A stretch of 64,000 nt of DNA, from positions 2,581,972 to 2,645,971 of the forward strand of contig BDGG01000005.1 in assembly GCA_001949185.1 (NCBI GenBank), written 5' to 3'. The stretch is from Ramazzottius varieornatus. Its lineage: Eukaryota; Animalia; Tardigrada. Position 1 is the stretch's first letter, and every line of letters begins with the position of its first letter. Shown piece by piece: positions 13,964-25,675 of this stretch. A program made the translations under genes and the position numbers. A model generated the notes under the pieces. It saw only the letters and a program-made list of their open reading frames with translations, was not told where the DNA came from and searched no databases.

Positions 13964-14320
13964 GTGTATTTTAATTGTTCTGACCGGAAACCGGATGTAT
14001 TTTCATTGGAGCAGGTGTTGTTTGACCCGACAATGACAGGCAAAAACGAGCCGCGGTGTGGATTCAATGGAGATAAGCCCGAATGCCGGTCACGAAATTC
14101 AGCTGCACTCGAAATTATTACGTCGTTCTGCTGTTCTTCTTGTTATTAGTGAGTATTCGTCCGGCGCTGACGATTACAATACAATGACGATGGCTCCTCC
14201 ACGTCATCAAAAATGGGAGGAGAGTGCCTCTATTGTAATCGTATTGTTATCGTATGACGATACTTGGGCAAAGTATCGTCATGAACTTTGGCTGCTCATC
14301 GATCCTGTTTCAGAGCACCC
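13964..14320 (+). pseudogene. Possible fragment of a receptor guanylyl cyclase/ANP-receptor-like juxtamembrane region
   Basis: KNEPRCGFNGDKPEC resembles the conserved P-x-C-G-F-x-G-x(3-4)-C juxtamembrane hinge. No intact TM or cyclase domain follows; the region is interrupted by stops and a small ACGATTACAATA/TATTGTAATCGT inverted repeat. Confidence 0.4.
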
Positions 14321-17300
14321 ACATGGTCAAGCTTGATACCAAAATGTGGGGGAAACATTCCTCTTCCATTCGATATTTTCCGGGAACGAGTAGACTGCAC
14401 CTCAGCAATTCAAACCCAAATTTAGTGGGGTGGAAAAAGATGAAATTAGCCATTTTAGCCGTTCCGCAGCTAAAATCAAGGCGTCACAGGACGTCACGTA
14501 ACCCGGCGTAAACCATTGCTTTCAGCGGGGGTACGGGAGCGACTCCTATCGTTCGTAAGTCGTTTCGCGATTGCCAAATACACACAGCTCGTTACCATGC
14601 GCAGACGATACGACTTCTATTGCAATTGTATCGTAATCGGGATCGTAACTGCAGGACGAATACTCACTAATTAGGCTCGGCTTGCATGTATCGGTACGGT
14701 ACTCGTACTGTACATGCGGACATGGGATACAACTTCTTTTTCTTGACCACTGCGCATGCTGGAATGAACATCTTTCTTGTGTGCAGGTTGATAAGAAGCT
14801 CTACTGCCAACGACACGTTTCGAAGGATGCTGCTTTCGGATATAGAATTTACCATGTAGACATGACACAGTATCTGACGCCAGTTCCCGTTATGGATTTG
14901 ATCCGTCGTTCTTGTTTATCCTCCCCGAGATCATTCTGGAGATCGTTCGAGCAGCCCAGAGTGTGAGCATAGTTAGCTGAGGACAGAAGTGTATATTTGG
15001 ACATCAGAGTCTCAGACGGTGTGAGCGCTAGCTATAGTGAGTTTTCAGTTCTACTTAAGACCTTGAGCATCGGGTGGTAAACTCGTTCTCCCGGCGCATA
15101 CTAATATTTGCAGTACGTGGCGAGACACTGGACAGTGTGTGTGCAAAGGTGACTGGAATTTTATCCGTTTTTTATGAAAATCTCGTCCTATTTTGCAAAT
15201 TATTTTTTAGTCAGGTCCTAGGCTGAGCCAGTGTCTTCAAAACATCCTACTCCGAGTTTAAACATTTCTGCATCTAGCAAATATTTAAGATTTGACAAAA
15301 GATTTGTCCGGTGGTCAAGAGAAAAACATGAAGGTTCGCCGTTTCAAGTTGATAGGTGGCGCACTCTACGTTATCTTTCCAAATTTCGGCCAATGAGAAA
15401 GTGGTGATTGGTCCGATTTGACGACGCTCCCTAGTTTCGACCAGTTAAGGAAAGGCGAAAGTGGCTTTCCCACCTGGTATTCGGAACGCCGAAATCTCGT
15501 GGTGCTCAGGGTGTTTAGGTCGATCACTAAAATACGACACGGATGAACCGAAGAGGAGGCCAGATAGCACGTCAAAAGTGAGCTTAATTTTCGCATCTCG
15601 AATTCATGTTTCCAAACCTAAGCATGAAAGACATGAGCGAAAGAGATGAGTTCGTGTTAAAGTCGACAGGTTTCATACCAACTAAGGTACACGCGCCTAA
15701 GAATCGCGACCTGGAAAACCAAGTGCGCGTAGGTTATCTATAATGTTGTAGTGAAAAGAGGTCCAAAACCATTTTGGGTCGACAGTGCGGACGTATACCC
15801 TACCGGGGTTCCGGGTAAGACAGCTTGTCGTGCAGTTCCGTCCTGCAAATTAAAAGTAAGAATTTTAGAACGGTTCACTATCTGTTTTGCAAAAGCGGAG
15901 TTTTGGCAGAAACAGATAGCCGGAAGTCCGAATCAACATCCAAGCGCTACCGTTGGATGCCTCGCTGTTAAAGCCTGTATAGATCATCACAAAATTCGGG
16001 AAACCTGTACAAACAGTAAAATTTTATAATTTGATTTGACGCGCCTGATATTAGAAACAGGGAAATGAGATCCGTGATTTTTAGTTTGAAGCTTGTTGTC
16101 TGTTTCGATTGTGTAAGAAGAGAACGGTAGAAAAGAATACTAGAGACAGCGCCGTCTACCGACTCCGAAAGCTGAGCGCGAATATTGTCGCACCCGCTGC
16201 CAGATACTGTATCAGAAACATCGGGAACAGGTCTATGTTGCATGTAGGCAACTGCAGGAAGTATCATAGACGGAAGAATTTGCTTACCGGTGGCCGACGC
16301 GGTCTTTAATTGGTAATTTGCGTCGCATTTGAATGAAAAAGCAGTCGAAGAAGGAGGATGACGCAAATGGTCGAGATGGAGAGCAGTTTCACGTGGGTCG
16401 CTGAATAAATCCTGTCTCTTGGCATTCACCGCGTGCCTTAATTTCGTAGAAAACGCATCGAGGCTAGCAGTGAACACAAAGCGACCACGGATTCAAGTTC
16501 CCCTTCCTTCGTTCCACATAGCTGTACAATAGGCAGCTGCCAAGGACACTATCTTTGCCGATATTCTTCACAAATATCAGGAGCGTGCAAGTCGACCCAC
16601 TTGATGAAGCATCAACAGTCTGGAGCGTCACGGCGATCGAAGAGGACGCCTTCGCTTCACCGCGAAGCAAATTTTGAATCTTATTTTTCGTCTCTATGCT
16701 GATTATTGAAGTTACAGTACAACGACGTGTCCAGCTCTGGCTAGAACGTGTTGCCCGAGACTTCGCTGTCTTCACATCGGGTGAATTTCTAGAAAAACAC
16801 CCAGACGTGGCGGCAAAATTTGGCCTTCCCGGTAAATTTAGAAGAAGACTATCCCTGTGATAGTTCAAAACGGGATGGGAAATTTTGGGAAGAGCCTCGT
16901 CCTCCACACGAGAACGTGGCCACCCGAAGAAGGAAAGGGCTCTTCGGGTCTCGCGGGGGACGGCTTGGATAGTGCATGCCTGGCGTGTCGTTGTCAATAT
17001 TATCCCGAAGAAAGTGACAATTTATCGACTCCATTTCAAGCCTGTCAAAATTGGGAAACGGGAAAAATTTGCATGCAGCACATGTGCTGATCTCTCCTGC
17101 CTGACAATCCCAGCCGACAGACAGAAAAGTTATTTAGGATAATGGATTGATTTCCTGCTGGGAACATTAGCTGAGGTTTTCACCATATTTGCACCCAAGC
17201 TGCATGTCCCCGCAGTTTCTTCCTGCGTGCTCGCAATTTCCATCAATATATAGCACTTCCAATTTCTGCTGATATGAAGAGTGAAGCAAAGTTCAACGTG

Positions 17301-18329
17301 GAGCCTGGATGCGAAAACCCAGTATGGGGAACTCAGAAAATGTACTGAGCCATATTGAATATTTAAATTGTGAATAGTATCACCTCGAAAACTGAGAATC
17401 ATTCCAGCGCTGCCGAAAACGAAGTCGACGTAATCAAGAACTTTTGCAACGTTAGTGGTCGCGATTTCGGAATTTTGGCGCGCCATATGTTTGGTTTCTG
17501 TCAGTCATAATGCAGACCATACGATAACTATTTTGACGTTACGGTGATCAGTTTCAGGAGCAACTGTCAAGTTATTGGTCGAGCGCAAATAAATCTGAGT
17601 GATGCAGACGAGCAGTTAGCAAACGAGGATGGATGAGAAATCCGAAAACTATACGTTCGGTATCAGCGCAAACTGTGACTGTTGTACGAAGCTCGGATGG
17701 GTTCGTCATCTTGATCCGACAAGAGAGCTAACGTCCTCGAGCAATCTTAGGGAAGCACACCAAGACCACCCTTTAGCCTTTGCGAAAGGACGGCCAAGAT
17801 GTACCCTCAATACGGTTCGATAGCAATCAAAAACACTCAATAAAATGGAAAAAGAATAAAGAAGGCATCACGGCCTCTGAATAAGGGGAGATTTCCAGCT
17901 GGTAAATCCATGCTGATTCCTCATTATCGCGCGCTGACGCAAAGTAATGAAGCATTAAGGTCACAAAGGCACTTTTCGTCAAATCCAGGATGAAAAGCCA
18001 GCGCCATCACAACAGTTCAATTAATTCTTGATAAGGCGGTGTTTGATGGGCAAACCGTGGGATTTCTGTGCGTTTCGACGATGGCGGCATTAAAAAAAGG
18101 TGATTGGACCCAAAATACAATTCTGGGATCGAACGTGTATGAGTGCTGGGTGGGAAATTAGCTCGAAAAACTTCCATCTTTTATGAATGGAGGAATTCTC
18201 AAAGGGGGACTAGAGCGTTTTTGATGGCTGGTACTTTGATGGCTGGTTGGAGACTTAGGTGGAGGCCTGTCACTAACTTGACGGTGCGTGGCCTAAATTA
18301 GCGGACCCGGGTGATTTGGGCCAGGACGT

Positions 18330-18480
18330 GACGCCAGTCGCCAGAGGCCGATTATGGCAGCACGGAAAGGAGCCGGATTTCCCTTCCGCTTGTCCGCCTT
18401 CAGTAGCTCCAAATACAAATTTCTCCTCTCGTTGGTTCCGCAGGAAGGAAGCTAACGGGGAGGTAGTCTTGAAATGGGAG
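18330..18480 (+). mobile_element. Possible relic of a hAT (ZMYM1/TTF-type) transposase N-terminus
   Basis: PDFP...NFSSRWFRRKEANGEVVLKW resembles the FP..RxFS..(W/Y)xRxLxNGExVxRxW segment that precedes TTF-type zinc fingers; stops follow. Confidence 0.3.
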
Positions 18481-21400
18481 AAGCGTGCTGGGCGTGCCAT
18501 TCGAGACGGCGACCTTTGTAAGATACCTGCTAGCTGGGTCTAAAAGGAGACCTGCGATCCATGACGTCAAGGCCCAACGTGGGGCCGGGATCGGGTATCC
18601 GAAAAAGGAAAAACAGGGCTCGATACCCAGACAAACTACCGCGCAGACTGGTTGAGCCAAAGCATGGAAATCACAGTTCGGAAGTTCGCAGAACTCGAAC
18701 AGGCTTTGTCTTTCACCGGATATTGGACCAACAGAAGAGTGCCTTTCTACTGCGATATATTTTTCCACTATAGGTTTACCTTAGGTTTCGAAAACGATAG
18801 AAATGTGCATGTGGTGAAACTTTCGTTCTTGTTTCTGCCACTTCGATCCAGGTGTACATAATCGCACGCCATGAGGGAAATCCTAAGAGGCGGAAATAAC
18901 GACTTGGGCATTGCATGCTCATTAACATAGATAACTCGTCACATCGGGTCAGAGGGCCAACATCTGTACCTCCAGGCTTTCGCACACCATCCCCTACATA
19001 TGCCAGACAGCTTTCGCCATATTTTCCCCCAGTACTAGTGTCCCTTTCCGTGCGTGCTAGGTGCAATTTCGATTCATCACAGCATCTAACTCTGCAGATT
19101 AGCCACTCTCGTAATTTTGAACCCTCTCTGACGCAAGTGCCCAAACGGATGTTCTGGTGTCTCACGAGCCTTGGATGATTGTGTTTAGCATTAATTGATC
19201 AAAATTTGTGCATTGACGACCAGGTGCATTAGACTACTCCGAGTTACGAAGCGGGAAAAAAATTATACGTTATGCAGAAGACGTAGAAAATGGGTTAGGA
19301 CGTACCGGGCCAAGCCGAATTCGACTAGCTTACTAAGCGTAGTCGAGAATCATGCATCGGTCATCAGCGTCCTCGGCGCTGAACTGGTAGAAGTGAAATG
19401 TTCCGTCAAACCATATTTTGGGCTGAATTTTGTAACTGAGACAGATTTTCGTTCTAACCGAAAGTTTCGTTCTATATTCATTTCCTGGTGCAGTTATTGC
19501 AATATGCATGCGGAGGTGTCAGCGAAGTGGGCCGCGTGTTTACGTGCCATATGGACGGAAAGGAAGGGGAAAAGGAAAGAAAGCGCGTGAGGAACAGAAG
19601 ACTGACAGTCAGTCCCCCTCATAATGCGAATGGGAGCAGCCTATGGACAGCCACTTGGAATTAGAGCCTATTAAGAGGCAATGTTTCCGGTCGTCGTGCG
19701 TCACTGCGCTCTACGACGGAAATCTCCGTGCGCCCATACAAAGTGCAACAGACATGCAAGCAGGTCCTCAAGCCATCATTTTTCTTTTGGCCACACCACT
19801 CCGTATACGTAAGCCACTAGAATTTTTCGATCCACGTCCAAGAAAAATCAAAAAGCTCTTAGGTCGAGCTTATGCGAAAGTGTTCATGCAATATTCCCTA
19901 TTCGCCCTAATGTCTGAATAAAGTAGGAGTAATCCAGGAATGACCTGCAGTCACGCAAAGGATTTCTACCTGGATTAATCTGTTAGGCATCGGCGAATCC
20001 ATCAAGCTTCCCTTCCCTTTCTTTGCATCATGCAAGAACCATGCATTTGTGCCGTGGGGGTATTTGCAGGTTGCACGACCGCTTTTAATGACGTCCTTCG
20101 GCCATTAGAACAAATGCGATACTTTGATGAAAGTCTAATCTCCATTAGTAATCTTCTTGTTTTCGTCGTCTCTTGCTCCCAATCTTTCCTCCTTAATATC
20201 CGTTTACCCCACTGAAATTAAAAAGCGAAGCCATGAATCGGTGGCAGAACCGCAGACCGACTAATGTCTCGATGATGTCACGGGCTTCCCTCCCGACAAA
20301 GTAATTCGCCGGTCTGATCCGACACACACTGGCACCACAGCCTAGCAATTTAAATCTCTCATTCCCACAAAGAAGCCCTATTATTTCCGCCAGTTAATGC
20401 GGGGCCAGGCGACCACATGCTGCAGTTCTCATTTTCCCTCCTCGTTAACACATGGGGCCTTCTCGACACTACTTGCTGCCCATACGGCAGAATGACCACA
20501 TGACAAAAAATCGTAGAAAGTGTCAGCGCAAAAGTGCCGTGGCGAGGACATACTGTAATATACAGTAGTGCGTGACGCATGCATAAATTTCGAGCTGCGC
20601 TAGATCGAAATATAATTTAATTTTTACGGAGTTTAGTTGGTAGAGTCTCACAACAAACTGTAAACGCTTTTGTTTCGAACCAACGATCTGACTTTGATCC
20701 CACCAGCCAAAAGGAAGCGTATGTACCTGGTTTTCCGATGTATGGTGCCATTCCAGTTCGTGGAGAGGATTCGGATAAAGACGGAAGACAGCTGGCTTTT
20801 TGAACGACGGCGGCGTGAAACATCTCCCCTACGGAATAACAGAATAAACCATAGTGTAAAGTGATGAGTTTAAGCTGAAAAGGTAACAAACTTTCGACAC
20901 AAAACGTTACACACGGCCAAACGATATCCAGACATGATCGTCTGGCTGACATCGTAAAAGCGAAGCTGAAATGCAGACTGATCAAGGAAGCAGTGCAACG
21001 TGGCTCGGATGAGACTGTTTGTCACGATCAGCATATTGCGAAGTGAAAATGCATGCCGAGCGCAAGGGATGCCGCTGCACGGGAGCAGGGATATCAAGAG
21101 GAACGGGATGAGGGAAAGGAGAGTACGAACAAGGAAGAGCGAGTTGAGTAGCTGTATGTACAGCTCGGGTCAGAAAATGTGACCTGCATCGATATTGTTT
21201 GACTGGTGTGGCCACATTACTTTAAAAGAGCGGAAGGCTTGAAGTCCAGTAAACTAATCGAAGGCTGAAGTGGATATTAGTTTGTGAGACAAGGTTAGCA
21301 CGCGTCCATCGAGCTGTCGGTTCAAGCTTGAAGGAAAAGAGGACGGCCGTGCTAAGTACACTGGGATGATGCCAGACGGGAGGGAGCCTGAAGAAGGGCA

Positions 21401-22917
21401 GAGGAAGGCTTGGCATTGACGTTGGCCTGTGTTAGCGTTTTTAAAGCTGCATATCAGGAAGAGGCAGCTGCTGATCCTTCTGGATGCGAGCGTGCGTCCT
21501 GGTGTTATTGTAAAGGGAACAGACGGTAGTTGATTAATGTACGTGTATGCATGACCGGCCTAAGCTGCGCCATTGTGCCTTCCCGTTGATGGCGCATTGA
21601 ACAAGCTGGAAGACGGAAGTCAACGAGATCGCCGAACCGCTCTGAATTAGGAGAGGAACTGCTGCCGGCATTCCCGGATCAACTAGCTTGATTTCGTCTT
21701 GTTCCAGCACAAAACCCAACCAATCAACCGCACATCGTCTCTCCAGAACTTCCTTGTACAGTGCGAACCGAAGTCTGTAGTCTGAACGTAAAGCAGTAGG
21801 TTGACTTCAACGATTATCTTGACCAATTTTCTACGTTATTTCGCATAGCTGTTTCGGTTATTGGCACGAACTCGTTGGCGGATTTTTCGGTTTTGTCTGA
21901 AGAACCGCGGGTGTCTGAATTCGAGAAAACCCAAGTAGTGATCAAGAGAGTGAGCAGTTCTATCGCCGGGTCGAGAGCTGAAACGGACAAGAAGAATGTT
22001 ACAATTTTGACAGCCGACTTGTAGACTAGTTATAAAATGGACTCTTTTTATTCCAGACGCTCTCCTTACAGCATCCATGTTGTCGTGTTACTGTTCACGC
22101 GCTGGACAGCCTGAAACAGCGTCGAGCACAGCGGGGGAAGGAAGCGCGTAAAAGGAGGGAAGGATACAGCTGTCACTTTCAGGCACTTGTCCGGTCTGGA
22201 AGCCCCAATACTACACAGTATGGCTCCTCTTCCTCAATCCTATACAATCCTCTTTAGGCAGGCACGTCAGAAACACGACGTGCGCGTGTGGCCTGCGTAT
22301 ATTCCCACAGGAATATCCGTAATGTCATGAAGCATTACGAAAGCTAGGCCGCAAATCTTGGTTACTGGTCACTTGATTCTGTTTGCTCACGTTTTGATTC
22401 AACGCTCTCCATGTTGTTGGCGTCTGCTGGAGCTTGCTTCCTCCTCTCACTCTTTCCCTAGACGTCTCTCTCCCCACCCGCGCTGTTTATTTAGGGCGAT
22501 GTTTCGCACCAGTAACAGCACGCTTTCCGCAGGATAAAAAGGCCCACTTTGCAGGCTTTCAGCCCTGATCCATTCCCGCAATATGTATTCCAGCACAATC
22601 GGCACACAGTTCAATACGATCCAGTTACAGTCCTCTCTTGTTCCCCCGTGTTCCTCCTGAATCAAGGTCGTGTAAACTACACAAAGTAGAAATCGATTCA
22701 AAGCTGCCGTTTTCCGTGTCACTCCTTCACTTTACTGGGCGAATTATATCGATCGATTAGCAAAGTGAAGTATTATTGACCAAAGCAGGACAAGAAAAAC
22801 CCGCCCCAAAACAACAGCAACACCCTTTGAAAAATCAAAAAAATTGCATAACAAGAAAGACTTTCAGAAATTCTAAGACAAGAAATTAAAAAGGACCACA
22901 AAACAATTTGAAAAAAA

Positions 22918-24809
22918 TCAGTCACACATTCTAGAATTTTTCTTGCGTATGATATTTTTGACTTCAGTACGGATTTCCTGGTTTCTCACTTGGGCTTGAT
23001 AGGCGTCGTTCTGTTGCTGGATGAAGCGATCCTTTTCTCCACTCAGATGCTGATCCAGCTTAATGAGCATATCCTCCAGCTGTGTCACTCTTTCCTGCGC
23101 TTGATGATTTTCGTGGCGTTTTTCATCCACTTTATCATGAAGCTGCTTTGTCGTCTGCTCCAAGTCCTTCACGAAGAGCCTGCAGCCAAACGAACCATTA
23201 GCATTGAAAGATTAAACCCACAATACATTATACCTTCTTTTACAAAGAAGGATCACTGAAAGAACTTCCATTCATGTCCTCACCCTAAATTTTCAATCTG
23301 TTTCAAGTGCTCCTGCTTTTGATCATCCAACATGGTTATTCTGGCTTTCTGCTCGTCCTGTTGCTGTTCCATCTTGGCTAGCACTTCCAACGTGCGGTTG
23401 TGCCGTCTCGTTAGCTCATCGCGATCAGATTCCGCGGTGTGTAAACGATGCTCGAAAGCACTGGCTTTGTCAGTCCACCTTTGCCTGTCCCTGCTGGCTT
23501 CCTCCATCGTTCTCTACAGAGCAAACATTCCGCTCCCCAAAAACTCTCACAACAGATCCTTCAGTTCAGGAAAGATAAATAAGGAAGTCATGTACCTACA
23601 TCCAGCTTGATCTTCAGTTCCTCGTTGTCCACTTGAGCTGTTCGTACTTTGGCGAGGGCTTCATCACGCTCACATTCCAGCCTCCTGATGCGAGTCTCCA
23701 TGTCAGTTGCGGGTCTTTCCTTCTCCCTCATTCTCCGAAGTTCCGCAGTGGCTTCCTCGTAGAGCTCGGTCACCTTTTCCCGTTCTGTTTGTTCCCGTTT
23801 GAGCTGCTTGAGAAGCTGTATCACAGAAAAGTACAGCTGTAGCTTGGATGAAACTAGCGAGCGGCAATAGGCCCACAAGTGCACACAGCGAACAAAGGGC
23901 GGAACACCGACGCGCACGTGCTGCGCACACTCACGACAGCTACATCATGCACATGCGCACCGAATCTAAAAAAACTGTTTCAGTGGACTAACCCATGATG
24001 TCATTAACGCGCCGTCAAAATTGTACGGGGCTCGCGTGACGTCATTGACCAGCCAACAGTTGACTTCCGGTTCGAGACAAATAAACAGTTACATTCCTTA
24101 CCTGTTGAGCTTGCGTGTTCAGGCAGTCCACTTTCTCTTCAAGCCCTTCAAGGTTCTGCGCAGCTTTCGAGAAGGTGTTCTTGTTGCTAGCTTCATACGG
24201 AGGAATGTTTTCTGAGTGGAGAGGCCTCCTTGGCGGGCGGCGGCTGGGATCGTCGTCGCTTTCTCCATCGCTCGCACCTCTTCCATTCCCACTACGGAAG
24301 CCGGTCAAGCGAGCAACGTTCGAGGATTTTGGTTCATCGCGAGGAGATAACTTCGATCTTCCGTAAACAGGCTCCGGACTGGTGCCACCACACTGCGGCC
24401 TGTCTTTACCTCTCGAAGAGTACATGTCACAGCCAGGCTGAAAAATACCAAAAATAAATTCCATATCTGCTATAAATAGCGGGCTGAAAAATACCAAAAA
24501 TAAATTCCATATCTGCTATAAATAGCGTGCTGACTTACAATGTTTGATTTCAGGATTTGGGTGCATGGTACAGGAGAAAGGTTACATCTTTCTGGGGAAG
24601 ACACGCGAGAAGGGTTAGTTCGAGAGCAAATCGGTAAAGGGGAATAAAGATCGAACGATACTTTGAGAATTTTTGGTGGAAGCATCTCGCGCACGCCGCA
24701 GCTCTTTTGCAAACTTATCTGACAGGTAATTTCTATTCACTTGAGGGACGCATTCATTTTTAGCCATTCCTTCGAGACGTTTATGAAACTCTTGTTGCTG
24801 CTTGTCCAT
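22918..24809 (-). CDS. Uncharacterised coiled-coil protein (start codon uncertain), about 6 exons
   Basis: Minus-strand exons about 24809-24662, 24591-24539, 24437-24102, 23816-23601, 23513-23284, 23179-22918, joined in frame by GT-AG introns (one with a CTAAC branch point). The C-terminal half is heptad-rich (LKQLKREQTERE..., MEQQQDEQKARI..., LEQTTKQLHDKV...). No family recognised. Confidence 0.75.
24436..24527. repeat. Perfect 46-bp tandem duplication spanning a splice acceptor
   Basis: GGCTGAAAAATACCAAAAATAAATTCCATATCTGCTATAAATAGCG occurs at 24436 and again at 24482. Confidence 0.95.
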
Positions 24810-25675
24810 CAAGTGCTCCACAAGGAATTTACGATACAGACGTTGATAGAGATATGTCCCAGAGCAGCATTTGGCGGGAGGCCGGTTGCAGAGCCACGGA
24901 TTCTTCACGGTTGCTCCTGTCCCTCCTTTATGGATCACACCACACTCTCCTCGTCGTCCTCTTCAGGTTCGATGGGTATCCTGTGATTTTTACAGAAGGC
25001 AGGATTTTTGCAATGAAGACGTCGTTCGCAATGGACCACTTAGCAACTCTGGCAGGTTTCGGCCGCGACACGACGATGGATGTTCCGCGGCCTTACTTCT
25101 TGAAGCAAGAGCTTCTTCCTGCAACAACACTGCACAAAATTACTGACGGCGTCGATCTGTTGATTTACAGGTTTCTCCGGGAAACGGGACGATCTGGCAA
25201 AATCAGTTTTCGATTTTCGAAATTCGAAAATGCGAACTGTCATTCAGTCAATCAAATGTGTGGTACCCCTTAGCGGGGGAGCTGGACGCTTTCGTTGACC
25301 ACGTGTGGCTTTGTTGCGAGTAACCAGCTCACTGATCACATGGGGATGACGCTTCGGTAGCAAAGCCCACTCGAATAGGAATAGAATTGACATTTGGCGC
25401 TGCGGTTAATTCCACTCTTCGGTAAACGGTTGCTCAGCGCGTCAGCGTTCTGGCATCGCACCTCCGTCTGTCAAGTGTCAACCCAACTTGCGCAGTCTAG
25501 CACGTTCATCTCCGCTTTCTGCTGGCAGATCGATTTGTTTATCATGTTCTGCAGACTTTGTACTTGCGATTGCGACACCTAGGGAGGCTTGGGTAAGGAG
25601 AGCGTATAGCCCGGGAATAGTTTGTGACGTCCAGCGCAATCATCTTGGGAGGAAAGCTTGTTAGAAGTCATCGGG

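Noticed and set aside
15968-17142. Overlapping 169-177-aa ORFs on both strands
   Set aside because: No recognisable domain or consistent exon structure; possibly a decayed element. A database search is needed.
22447-22722. Extra exon or zinc-finger-like 'CRLCWNTYC' downstream of the coiled-coil gene
   Set aside because: The Cys-rich frame is closed by an upstream stop, and the gene already terminates at 22918.
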